Shown here piece by piece: positions 1 through 8,869 of a stretch of DNA of 64,000 nt. This stretch comes from Candidatus Cloacimonadales bacterium (GTDB lineage: Bacteria; Cloacimonadota; Cloacimonadia; Cloacimonadales; JAIOQZ01). The DNA lies in the NCBI GenBank assembly GCA_963674825.1, contig OY771587.1, forward strand, positions 2,368,001 through 2,432,000. Direction: 5' to 3'. Each line of letters opens with the position of its first letter. Position 1 is the stretch's first letter. The translations under genes were made by a program, and so were the position numbers. The notes under the pieces were generated by a model. The model saw only the letters and a list, made by a program, of their open reading frames with translations, was not told where the DNA came from and searched no databases.

Positions 1-210
1 CCGGCGAAGTCAGATGTAACTCTGTCCGTGTACAACGTGAAGGGCCAGCTGGTTAAGACCCTTGTCGACAGCAAGCTCGACAGCGGCAACCAGACCTTCA
101 CCTGGAACGGTACCGACAACACCAACCAGTCTGTTTCCAGCGGTGTGTACTTCTACAAACTGCAGGTCGGAAGCCAGACTGAAACCCATAAGATGCTCAT
201 GCTGAAATAA
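1..210 (+). CDS. 3' end of a secreted protein with a FlgD-Ig/T9SS type A-like C-terminal domain (partial, begins before the window)
   Basis: Frame 1 is open from base 1: ...VYNVKGQLVKTLVDSKLDSGNQTFTWNGTD...SGVYFYKL...HKMLMLK*. Confidence 0.85.
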   Translation, partial: PAKSDVTLSVYNVKGQLVKTLVDSKLDSGNQTFTWNGTDNTNQSVSSGVYFYKLQVGSQTETHKMLMLK

Positions 211-237
211 TTCAGCTGCATCTGAGGTCTCATATTG

Positions 238-268
238 AAGGGCGTCTTTCATAGACGCCCTTTTTCTT
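238..268 (+). terminator. Intrinsic terminator
   Basis: aagggcgtct-ttcat-agacgccctt followed by tttcttt. Confidence 0.85.
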
Positions 269-528
269 TATCGGTCCTCCGGATTTAACAGAAGCTTGCA
301 ACGCTCTTGAGAAAATCATTGTACTATCCGCAATGTGAGCGGCTTCCTGCCTCTTCGCGTAAACCCCTTGTATTGTACATATATGAAGCCGATTCCTGTA
401 TGCATAATCTACATTATTGAAGCAGTTTCATTTAGCCTTCAAGTGTGTGAGATACTTTTTTCAGAAAAATCTTGTACAAAAAAACTACACTCATAGGTTT
501 GGCACAATTCAAAGCGGAGGAGCTTCAG

Positions 529-831
529 ATGAAGGAAAAACTGGAGAAACATCGCGAAGGAACGATCATCCTGGAGGAAGACTCTCCGGAAAAGATGGAA
601 GTAGAAGTAACAGAAGTAAATACAGCTGGCGACTATCGTAAGTCGCCTGTTTATATTTACTACAACTGGTGCAAGAGATGCGGTATATGCGTTTCCTTCT
701 GTCCTACTGGTGTATTGAGTCGAAAACCGGATGGCGCTCCCTATGTCGAACACCCGGAAAAATGTATTCATTGTGGAACATGTGACCGTCTTTGCCCGGA
801 CTTTGCTATCACAGGCGCAAAGCGTACATAG
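529..831 (+). CDS. korD: 2x[4Fe-4S] ferredoxin, delta subunit of 2-oxoacid:ferredoxin oxidoreductase
   Basis: CKRCGICVSFCP and CIHCGTCDRLCP motifs; GGAGG before ATG 529; directly upstream of the alpha subunit. Confidence 0.85.
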   Translation: MKEKLEKHREGTIILEEDSPEKMEVEVTEVNTAGDYRKSPVYIYYNWCKRCGICVSFCPTGVLSRKPDGAPYVEHPEKCIHCGTCDRLCPDFAITGAKRT

Positions 832-840
832 GAGGAAAGC

Positions 841-2025
841 ATGCCCAAAACCGTCAAAACTGAACAACCAATTGAGAAGCCGGAAGCAGAAGATAAATAC
901 GTTCTGATGCAGGGTAACGAAGCAGTTGCCAATGGCGCGCTTGCTGCCGGTATTAATTTCTTTGCCGGTTACCCGATCACCCCTTCAACCGAAATCGCCG
1001 AAATCCTCTCCCGTGAACTGCCTAAGCGTGGTCACAAATTTATCCAGATGGAAGACGAGATTGCCAGTATTGGCGCAATCATCGGCGCTTCCCTGGCTGG
1101 CGCAAAAGCAATGACCGCAACCAGCGGCCCCGGCTTTTCGCTGATGCAGGAGAGTATCGGATTCGCGAAAATCACGGAGACGCCTTGCGTGGTTGTCAAC
1201 GTGCAGCGCGGCGGTCCCAGCACCGGTTTGCCGACCCGTCCCGCTCAGGGCGAAATCATGCAATCCCGCTGGGGTTCGCATGGCGACGCACCAGCGATCG
1301 TCCTTTATCCCGATTCGGTGAAGGAAATCTATGAATTGACCATCCGTGCATTCAACCTCTCCGAAAAGTACCGCACCTGTGTTGTGCTGCTTCTGGACGA
1401 GGTTATCGCGCATCTTCGTGAAGCCGTGAAATTGCCGGATGTGAACCGTTATCGCATCATCAACCGTATCAAGCCTACCGTGCCGCCAGAGTGGTACAAG
1501 CACTACGACGAAAACCAGAAATACCTCTCGCCGCTGGCGAGTTTCGGTGAAGGTTATCGTTTCCATGTGACCGGCCTTGCGCATGACTCACAGGGTTTCC
1601 CGACCAACAGGCCGAACGAAGTCGATGATATGATGAACAGGCTCAAAAAGAAGATCACCCGTAACATCCGCGACCTGGTTCAGATCGAAAGCTACATGAT
1701 GGAAGACGCGAAAGTGGCCATCTTTGCCGCAGGTATCGTGTCTCGTTCAGCAAAAGCTGCGATCAACATGGCAAGAGCCGAAAAGATCAAGGTTGGACTT
1801 CTTCGTCCGCTGACAATCTGGCCCTTCCCGGACGACGCCGTCCGCAAAATGCTCAAGAACGTCCACACTGTGATCGTTCCCGAGCTCAATCAGGGACAAT
1901 TCATTCACGAAATCGAACGCCTCGCGAAAGACAAGGAAGATGGCGACATCATCCCGATGCAGCGTTTCGATGGCGAGATGATCCCACCACGTCGCATTCT
2001 CAGTAAGATTAAGGAGGTGATCTGA
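841..2025 (+). CDS. korA: 2-oxoacid:ferredoxin oxidoreductase alpha subunit
   Basis: GNEA, GYPITPSTEI, QMEDEIAS, TATSGPGFSLM and QRGGPSTGLPT motifs. Confidence 0.92.
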   Translation: MPKTVKTEQPIEKPEAEDKYVLMQGNEAVANGALAAGINFFAGYPITPSTEIAEILSRELPKRGHKFIQMEDEIASIGAIIGASLAGAKAMTATSGPGFSLMQESIGFAKITETPCVVVNVQRGGPSTGLPTRPAQGEIMQSRWGSHGDAPAIVLYPDSVKEIYELTIRAFNLSEKYRTCVVLLLDEVIAHLREAVKLPDVNRYRIINRIKPTVPPEWYKHYDENQKYLSPLASFGEGYRFHVTGLAHDSQGFPTNRPNEVDDMMNRLKKKITRNIRDLVQIESYMMEDAKVAIFAAGIVSRSAKAAINMARAEKIKVGLLRPLTIWPFPDDAVRKMLKNVHTVIVPELNQGQFIHEIERLAKDKEDGDIIPMQRFDGEMIPPRRILSKIKEVI

Positions 2026-2867
2026 TGGCAGCGATACCACAAAAAACCATCCATAGCTATCTGAGACATAATAAGAAGTTCCCGCACGTATGGTGCGCCG
2101 GCTGCAGCAACGGTATCGTTCTTGGCGATATCATTCGTTCGATCTCCGAGCTCGGACTGGACCGTGATGACATCGTGATGGTCTCCGGTATCGGATGCTC
2201 GAGCCGTATGCCGGTTTATGTCGACTTCAATACCCTGCACTCAGTGCATGGACGCGCGATTGCCTACGCAACAGGCATCAAGATGTTCCGGCCGGAACTT
2301 CATGTGATCGTTGTGACCGGCGACGGCGACGCTACCGCGATTGGTGGTAATCATTTCATCCACGCCGCGCGCAGAAACATCGACCTTACGGTCATTCTTA
2401 TCAATAACAATATCTACGGTATGACCGGTGGACAGTATTCTCCAACAACCCCGGAAGAAGCAATCTCCACGACCACACCGTTTGGAAATATCGATCCCGA
2501 CTTCGATATCTGCGATCTGGCTATGGGCGCAGGCGCGACATTCGTTGCCCGTTCTACCGCGTTCCATACCAACGAAACGCAGGACTATATCAAGAAGGCG
2601 ATCCAGCACAAGGGTTTTTCGTTGATCGAAATCACCAGCACTTGCCCGGTTATCTACGGCCGCCTGAACAAGAAGGGAAGCGCTCCTCAGATGCTTAAGT
2701 ATTTGCAGGAAAACTCGCTGACCATGAAAGCCGCCGAAAAGATTCCGGCAGAAGAGCGTGAGGGTAAGATCATCCGCGGTATCTTCAGACAGAAGGAATC
2801 CATGGAATACACAGAGCGCTATGCTAACCTCATCGCCAAACTTGCTGGCAAGGAGGAGAAGAAATGA
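2025..2867 (+). CDS. korB: 2-oxoacid:ferredoxin oxidoreductase beta subunit (TPP-binding)
   Basis: WCAGC, SGIGCSSR, HGRA and GDGD...NN.IYGMTGGQYSPTT motifs. Confidence 0.92.
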   Translation: MAAIPQKTIHSYLRHNKKFPHVWCAGCSNGIVLGDIIRSISELGLDRDDIVMVSGIGCSSRMPVYVDFNTLHSVHGRAIAYATGIKMFRPELHVIVVTGDGDATAIGGNHFIHAARRNIDLTVILINNNIYGMTGGQYSPTTPEEAISTTTPFGNIDPDFDICDLAMGAGATFVARSTAFHTNETQDYIKKAIQHKGFSLIEITSTCPVIYGRLNKKGSAPQMLKYLQENSLTMKAAEKIPAEEREGKIIRGIFRQKESMEYTERYANLIAKLAGKEEKK

Positions 2868-3430
2868 AGGCCAAAGAACCCCAATACTTCCGGAGTGAAA
2901 TTCGTCTGAGCGGAAGCGGTGGTCAGGGTCTGATCCTTGCGGGGATCGTTCTCGCCAAAGCCGCCATGTACGAGAAGTATCGTGTGACGCAGAGCCAGAG
3001 CTATGGCCCGGAATCACGCGGTGGCGCCAGCCGTGCGGACGTGATCATCAGCAACGACGAGGTCTTTTATCCCGAAGCGACCAACTTCGATATCCTCATG
3101 TCGCTGACACAGGAAGCATGCGATAAATACTTGTACGACCTGAAAGAGGACGGAATTCTGATCGCGGATACCACGTTCGTGAAGAATATCTCGCTTCTCA
3201 ATTCTCAATCCTACGAAATTCCCTTTACCGAAATCGCTATCGAGAAACTCGGTTCACCCCTTTCGACCAATATTCTGTCACTGGCATTCCTGGTTAAAAA
3301 GACCGGAATCGTTACCCCCGAATCGCTGGAACGCAGCATTCGCGAGAGCGTCAAGCCGAACTACGTGGACATGAACGTCAAAGCGATGAAATTAGGTTTC
3401 GAGCTGGCTGACAACACCCAATCGAGATAA
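2864..3430 (+). CDS. korC: 2-oxoacid:ferredoxin oxidoreductase gamma subunit
   Basis: [11 protein letters not shown] and [16 protein letters not shown] motifs. Confidence 0.9.
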   Translation: MKAKEPQYFRSEIRLSGSGGQGLILAGIVLAKAAMYEKYRVTQSQSYGPESRGGASRADVIISNDEVFYPEATNFDILMSLTQEACDKYLYDLKEDGILIADTTFVKNISLLNSQSYEIPFTEIAIEKLGSPLSTNILSLAFLVKKTGIVTPESLERSIRESVKPNYVDMNVKAMKLGFELADNTQSR

Positions 3431-3432
3431 AT

Positions 3433-3843
3433 ATGATCAAAAAAATCAGTCATATCGGCATAGCTGTCAAAGACCTGGAAGAAGCTTCGAAGTTCTACGA
3501 GAAGATGGGCCTTAAGGTCGAAAGTACGGAAGTTGTCGAATCGCAGAAGGTAAAAGTAGCCTTCATCTCCGTTGGAGATGTGCGAATCGAGCTCCTTTCC
3601 GCAACATCGGAAGACAGCCCCATCGCTAAATACATCGAGAAGCGTGGAGAAGGCATTCAACATCTCGCGCTTTCGGTTGACGATCTGCCTGCAGAACTTG
3701 AGAAGGCGGAAGAAAACGGTATCCGACTGATCGATAAGGTGCCCAGACCGGGCGCTCATGGTGCGGACATTGCGTTCCTGCACCCGAAATCGACCAATGG
3801 CGTTCTCCTGGAGCTCTGCAAGGACAAGGAACACGGAGAATAG
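3433..3843 (+). CDS. mce: Methylmalonyl-CoA epimerase
   Basis: [22 protein letters not shown] and [14 protein letters not shown] motifs. Confidence 0.92.
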   Translation: MIKKISHIGIAVKDLEEASKFYEKMGLKVESTEVVESQKVKVAFISVGDVRIELLSATSEDSPIAKYIEKRGEGIQHLALSVDDLPAELEKAEENGIRLIDKVPRPGAHGADIAFLHPKSTNGVLLELCKDKEHGE

Positions 3844-3844
3844 C

Positions 3845-5395
3845 ATGGAGATTAACGACCAAATTATCCAACTTCGTGAAAAGCGCCAGGAAGCAGAACT
3901 GGGCGGCGGACAGAAACGTATCGACGCACAGCATGCCAAAGGCAAAATGACCGCGCGGGAGCGCATCAAAGCGCTTGTGGACCCTGAAAGCTTCGAAGAA
4001 TTCGATATGTTCGTCAAGCACCAGAGTCACAATTTCGGCCTCGAAAAGAGTAGAATTCCCGGTGACGGCGTCATAACAGGCTGCGCTACAATTAATAAGC
4101 GCGTAGTATATGTTTTCGCTCAAGACTTCACGGTCTTTGGCGGATCCCTTTCGAAAACCTACGCCGACAAGATATGCAAAATCATGGACATGGCGATGAA
4201 AGTGGGAGCCCCGGTTATCGGACTCAACGATTCCGGTGGCGCTCGAATCCAGGAAGGCGTCGATGCCCTTGCTGGTTACGCGGAGATTTTCTGGCGTAAC
4301 GTGCAGGCATCGGGCGTTGTCCCGCAGATATCGGCAATTCTCGGCCCGTGTGCCGGAGGTGCTGTGTATTCACCTGCGATTACCGACTTCATCATCATGG
4401 ACAGAGAATCGAGCTATATGTTCGTGACCGGCCCCAAGGTGGTTAAGACCGTCCTCAACGAGGATATTTCGACCGAGGCACTCGGCGGAGCGCAAGTTCA
4501 TGCCAGCAAGAGCGGTGTGGCACAGTTCATCACCGATAACGAGCAGGAGACAATTCTCCTGATCCAAAAGCTGCTGAGCTATCTGCCATCCAACAACATG
4601 GAAGACCCGCCTTATGTCCCGACCACCGATCCGATCGATCGCAAGAACGAAGAGCTCAATGCGATTATCCCGGATAACCCCAACAAGCCCTACAACATCC
4701 TCGATGTGATCAACATTCTGGTTGACGACGGTGAGTTCCTCGAAGTGGCGAGAAACTATGCTCAGAACATCGTGGTTGGCTTTGGCCGCATGAATGGCTA
4801 TTCAGTAGGTTTCATTGCAAATCAGCCAAAGTTCCTTGCAGGTGTGCTTGATATCGATGCATCCATTAAGGCTGCCCGGTTCATCCGCTTCTGCGATTCG
4901 TTCAATATCCCGATTCTTGTTCTCGAGGACGTGCCAGGATTCCTTCCCGGTTCGAACCAGGAACATAATGGTATCATCCGTAACGGTGCAAAGCTGCTGT
5001 TTGCATTCGCGGAAGCGACGGTTCCCAAAATCACCGTCATCCTGCGTAAAGCTTATGGTGGAGCGTACTGCGTGATGAACAGTCGCCATATGCGTGCGGA
5101 CATGGTTTATGCGTGGCCATCGGCCGAGATCGCTGTGATGGGTCCGAAAGGCGCAGTGGAGATCATCTTCCGTAAGGAAGCCAAGGAATCGGAGAATCCT
5201 GAGAAGGTTCTGACGGAGAAGGAACAGGAATACCGCGATAAATTCGCGAATCCTTATTCCGCTGCTGAGAAAGGTTACGTCGATGACGTGATCGAGCCTT
5301 CGGTGACGCGTTTCAGGATCATCAGAGCGCTTGAGATGCTCGCGACCAAGAAGGATACCAATCCACCCAAGAAGCATGGCAACATGCCGTTATAA
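3845..5395 (+). CDS. mmdA: Methylmalonyl-CoA decarboxylase alpha (acyl-CoA carboxyltransferase) subunit
   Basis: [46 protein letters not shown] and KKHGNMPL motifs; start taken at ATG 3845 just after mce. Confidence 0.9.
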   Translation: MEINDQIIQLREKRQEAELGGGQKRIDAQHAKGKMTARERIKALVDPESFEEFDMFVKHQSHNFGLEKSRIPGDGVITGCATINKRVVYVFAQDFTVFGGSLSKTYADKICKIMDMAMKVGAPVIGLNDSGGARIQEGVDALAGYAEIFWRNVQASGVVPQISAILGPCAGGAVYSPAITDFIIMDRESSYMFVTGPKVVKTVLNEDISTEALGGAQVHASKSGVAQFITDNEQETILLIQKLLSYLPSNNMEDPPYVPTTDPIDRKNEELNAIIPDNPNKPYNILDVINILVDDGEFLEVARNYAQNIVVGFGRMNGYSVGFIANQPKFLAGVLDIDASIKAARFIRFCDSFNIPILVLEDVPGFLPGSNQEHNGIIRNGAKLLFAFAEATVPKITVILRKAYGGAYCVMNSRHMRADMVYAWPSAEIAVMGPKGAVEIIFRKEAKESENPEKVLTEKEQEYRDKFANPYSAAEKGYVDDVIEPSVTRFRIIRALEMLATKKDTNPPKKHGNMPL

Positions 5396-5410
5396 CGGGA
5401 AGGAGATGAC

Positions 5411-6007
5411 ATGAGAAAGATCCTGTCATTGCTTCTGCTACTGCTGGTTGCGGGTGGCCTGTTTGCTGATGAGACATTCACCGTCACGAACGATATGACG
5501 CTGCGTCAGGTAGCTCACGAGATGAAGATGCCGGTGAAAAAGCTCATGCAACATCTGGACGTGCCGAATGGTACCCTCCAGACAGCGACAATCGGTGAGC
5601 TAGGTATCCAGAGAGCAAAGCTGGACGATATCTATGCCGATTTCCATGGTAATCTGATGGGCTTTTGCACTTCTCTTACCGTGATCGGTATGCTTGTCGT
5701 GTTCCTCAGTCTGATCGTTACAGGTATGATCATCTCTCAGATCAAGCATCTGAATCGTACAAAGAAGAAACCCGAAGCGACCCAGACGGTGGAGACATCG
5801 ATTGGCAAGATTACCGGTCCGCAGCCCGACATCAGTACCAATGCAATTGTGGCCGTTATTACTGCGCTGCATATGCATATCGCTGAAGCGGAAGAGCGCC
5901 AGAAGCTGATCCTGACCTGGAAACGTGCGCCACTTTCACTGTGGCGGGGATCGTCCAGGAATGCAATGCCCAATCAAACCTACTTTCAGGCGAAGGGGAG
6001 ATCATGA
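5411..6007 (+). CDS. OadG/MmdD-family membrane subunit of a Na+-translocating decarboxylase, with an extra N-terminal signal peptide and small domain
   Basis: TM segment TVIGMLVVFLSLIV, IVAVITAL motif and C-terminal SLWRGSSR; lies between the alpha subunit and the biotin carrier. Confidence 0.8.
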   Translation: MRKILSLLLLLLVAGGLFADETFTVTNDMTLRQVAHEMKMPVKKLMQHLDVPNGTLQTATIGELGIQRAKLDDIYADFHGNLMGFCTSLTVIGMLVVFLSLIVTGMIISQIKHLNRTKKKPEATQTVETSIGKITGPQPDISTNAIVAVITALHMHIAEAEERQKLILTWKRAPLSLWRGSSRNAMPNQTYFQAKGRS

Positions 6008-6750
6008 AAACATATCGAATGAAGATAAACGGTCAGGCCTATAACGCACGCGTACGTACGTATGACGGATTGACCGCAAAAGTAACTGTGAACGATGTCG
6101 AGTACTTTGTTGAGCTCGAAAACGATGAGATCAGCAGTTCTCCCAAGCTGGTTCGTTCCGATCCATCCGCTGCAAGCGTACCGAGGCTTTCCTCCGGTGC
6201 CCGTGCGAATGGTGAGATCCAGGCTCCGCTTCCCGGCGTGATCCTTTCGATTCCTGTGAAGGAAAAGGATGTGGTCAAGGCTGGTGACGTTCTGGTGATT
6301 TTGGAAGCGATGAAGATGGAATCGGAGATTGTCGCGCCGTTTGACGGCACGATAACCAAGATCCAGTGCTCGAAGGGAGAGACGGTTCAGGAAGCACAAG
6401 CGTTGATCCTGATGGAAGGCTTTGAGAAACCGGCGGAACCTGTTGCTGCCAAGCCGGCGAAACCGGTTGGCGAAGGCATTACCGGCAAAGCCAGACCGCA
6501 AAGCAAACCGCAGCCTGTACAACAACCTGCTGGAGCAAAGAATGTCGTATCTCCGATGCCGGGCGTCATTCTGGACGTCAAGGTAAAGGAAGGCGATATG
6601 GTTCAGCCAGAGCAGACCGTTGTGATCCTGGAAGCAATGAAGATGGAATCTGAAGTTCCGTGTCCATATGCTGGTAAGGTGAAATCGGTTCGGGTCAAGA
6701 AAGGCGACACGGTCCAGGAAAACGACATATTGGTCGAATTAGGAGACTGA
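6004..6750 (+). CDS. mmdC: Biotin carboxyl carrier subunit with two biotinyl domains
   Basis: EAMKM occurs twice (6304, 6631), each after a P(L/M)PGVIL motif; ATG 6004 overlaps the upstream stop. Confidence 0.88.
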   Translation: MKTYRMKINGQAYNARVRTYDGLTAKVTVNDVEYFVELENDEISSSPKLVRSDPSAASVPRLSSGARANGEIQAPLPGVILSIPVKEKDVVKAGDVLVILEAMKMESEIVAPFDGTITKIQCSKGETVQEAQALILMEGFEKPAEPVAAKPAKPVGEGITGKARPQSKPQPVQQPAGAKNVVSPMPGVILDVKVKEGDMVQPEQTVVILEAMKMESEVPCPYAGKVKSVRVKKGDTVQENDILVELGD

Positions 6751-6751
6751 T

Positions 6752-7864
6752 ATGGCGGAATTATTTCACTTTTTCAGCACGACGGCGTTTACACAATTCA
6801 CGTGGCAATATGGCGTGATGATGGCCGTTGGTCTGATCTTCATCTATCTGGGGATCGCCAAAGACTACGAGCCGCTGCTTCTGGTACCGATCGGATTCGG
6901 TATCATCATGGGGAACATCCCCGGAAGCCTCGGTGTGTACGACCTCGGATCGGTCTTCAACCAGATGTATTTCGGTGTGACTGGCGGTATTTATCCTCCG
7001 CTGATCTTCCTCGGAATTGGTGCAATGACCGACTTTTCGACCTTGATTGCCAACCCAAAGCTAATCCTTCTGGGAGCAGCCGCGCAGGTTGGTATCTTTG
7101 CGACGTTCTTCGGCGCGATCCTCATGGGATTCACCATTGGTGAAGCTGGCGCGATTGGAATCATCGGCGGTGCCGACGGCCCGACCTCGATCTTCCTCTC
7201 GTCCAAGCTGGCTCCGCACCTTGTGGGGCCTATTGCGATTGCTGCCTATTCTTATATGGCTCTCGTACCTGTGATCCAGCCTCCGATTATCCGGTTGCTG
7301 ACTACCAAGCGCGAACGCCTGATCAAGATGAAGACACCGCGGCTTGTTACAAAGCGTGAGAAAATTTTCTTCCCGCTGATTGCCGGTATCGTTACGATTT
7401 GTATCGCTCCGGGCGCTTCCGCGCTGCTGGGTATGCTCTTCTTCGGAAACTTGCTGAAGGAAAGCGGTGTGACTGAGCGTCTCGCCAACACGGCACGAAA
7501 CGCGTTGATCGATATCGTTACCATCGTACTCGGATTCAGCGTGGGTGCAAGTACGCAGGCCGATGTGTTCTTAAAGGTCGATTCGGTGAAGATCTTCACG
7601 CTGGGCGCATTTTCGTTTTGCGCTGCTACAGCAGGCGGACTTCTCTTTGCCAAGCTGATGAACCTGTTCCTGAAAGAAAAGATCAATCCCATGATCGGTG
7701 CATCTGGCGTCTCTGCTGTGCCGGATAGCGCGCGCGTGGTTCATAACGTGGGCAGAGCCTACGATAAATCGAACTACCTGCTGATGCACGCCATGGCGCC
7801 AAACGTAGCCGGTGTTATCGGCTCGGCCGTTGCCGCAGGTGTGTTGCTCGGAATCCTAGGATAA
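6752..7864 (+). CDS. mmdB: Na+-translocating decarboxylase beta subunit (OadB/MmdB/GcdB family)
   Basis: EPLLLVPIGFG, GAMTDF, IGIIGGADGPT, AYSYMALVP, GVSAVPDSARV and HAMAPNVAGVIGSA motifs. Confidence 0.93.
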   Translation: MAELFHFFSTTAFTQFTWQYGVMMAVGLIFIYLGIAKDYEPLLLVPIGFGIIMGNIPGSLGVYDLGSVFNQMYFGVTGGIYPPLIFLGIGAMTDFSTLIANPKLILLGAAAQVGIFATFFGAILMGFTIGEAGAIGIIGGADGPTSIFLSSKLAPHLVGPIAIAAYSYMALVPVIQPPIIRLLTTKRERLIKMKTPRLVTKREKIFFPLIAGIVTICIAPGASALLGMLFFGNLLKESGVTERLANTARNALIDIVTIVLGFSVGASTQADVFLKVDSVKIFTLGAFSFCAATAGGLLFAKLMNLFLKEKINPMIGASGVSAVPDSARVVHNVGRAYDKSNYLLMHAMAPNVAGVIGSAVAAGVLLGILG

Positions 7865-7886
7865 CGTAAATATTACATTTTACCTG

Positions 7887-7920
7887 CACCCTGGGTGGCT
7901 TGCCGCTCAGGGTGTTTTTT
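7887..7920 (+). terminator. Intrinsic terminator of the kor-mmd operon
   Basis: caccctgggtggc-tt-gccgctcagggtg followed by a T6 tract. Confidence 0.85.
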
Positions 7921-7990
7921 CTTCACCTTTAGTCGTACAAATTCCATCCATTTCTCTGGTTTTGCATCACGTGACTCGATCAAGATTGCA

Positions 7991-8117
7991 TCCGCACGCA
8001 TCTTCGCCCGATCCTGTCATACCCGTGGATATACCGCGCCATCCTGACTACCGGACATGGATATAATGGCGCGAAACACCACGGTTATGACAGGATCGAA
8101 CAAATCTGATGTGCGGA
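7991..8117. repeat. Long imperfect inverted repeat (rod-like hairpin)
   Basis: tccgcac(gc)atc pairs with gatgtgcgga; cgatcctgtcatacccgtgg pairs with ccacggttatgacaggatcg (19/20); cgcgccat pairs with atggcgcg. Confidence 0.85.
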
Positions 8118-8127
8118 GAGTTGATTT

Positions 8128-8862
8128 TTACAGTACGACGGTACCGCCATAGAATGGCTGGATCATGCCGTTATCGAGGCGAAGAAGGAGAGCGCCTTCT
8201 TTGTTGATACCGACGACTGTTCCTCCAAATTTCTTGAATGGTGTCTCGATAGCGATGGATTTACCTTTGAGGAAGCAGTTATCGCGATAGAGGCTCAAAA
8301 AACGCTCCCAGCCGAATTCGATGAATTCGGGCAGTCTGGAGGCGAAGATATCGAAGAACGTTCGCATGATGGCGTATTTGTCGTTCTCCTGTCCAGTAAG
8401 GACAGAGATCGAGGACGCGATACCTTCTAGATCATTGGGAAACTCGCGGTTGTTGACATTGATGCCGATGCCGACCAGATGATAATGCTGGAAAGCCAGA
8501 TGATCTGTATGGATACCGCAGATCTTGCGATCGTTCAGCATAATATCGTTGGGCCACTTGATCCGCAGGTCGCCATCCGGGATGTACTGTTTCAGCGCTT
8601 GGTATACGCATACGCCGGTGAAGAGAGTGAAGTTTGACGGTGCATCAAGATTGTAGAGTCCGAGGGTCATCCATATACCGCCTTCGGGTGAGTGCCAGGA
8701 TGCGCCGCGCCTGCCTTTGCCGGAGGATTGTTCATCTGCGAAGATGAGGAAGTTGCCCGAGACGTTCCGGTTGCGAACCATGGACTCAGCCTTGGTAGTG
8801 GTGCTTCCAACGCGCTTCAGATGGATGATCTCGTCGAATAATGTATGTTCAAAATCGCTCAT
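8128..8862 (-). CDS. birA: Biotin-protein ligase (no N-terminal HTH)
   Basis: Q.SGKGRRG..W.SP, IKWPNDI, KICGI and GIGINVN motifs. Confidence 0.92.
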   Translation of the reverse strand: MSDFEHTLFDEIIHLKRVGSTTTKAESMVRNRNVSGNFLIFADEQSSGKGRRGASWHSPEGGIWMTLGLYNLDAPSNFTLFTGVCVYQALKQYIPDGDLRIKWPNDIMLNDRKICGIHTDHLAFQHYHLVGIGINVNNREFPNDLEGIASSISVLTGQENDKYAIMRTFFDIFASRLPEFIEFGWERFLSLYRDNCFLKGKSIAIETPFKKFGGTVVGINKEGALLLRLDNGMIQPFYGGTVVL

Positions 8863-8869
8863 TTCTTCC

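Noticed and set aside
440..492. Possible Rex operator upstream of korD
   Set aside because: ttgtacaaaaaaactaca matches TTGTGAA-N4-TTCACAA too poorly.
7991..8117. SRP RNA or tRNA identity for the long hairpin
   Set aside because: No SRP domain IV motif (CAGG...GNRA...AGCAG) and no cloverleaf or T-loop on either strand.
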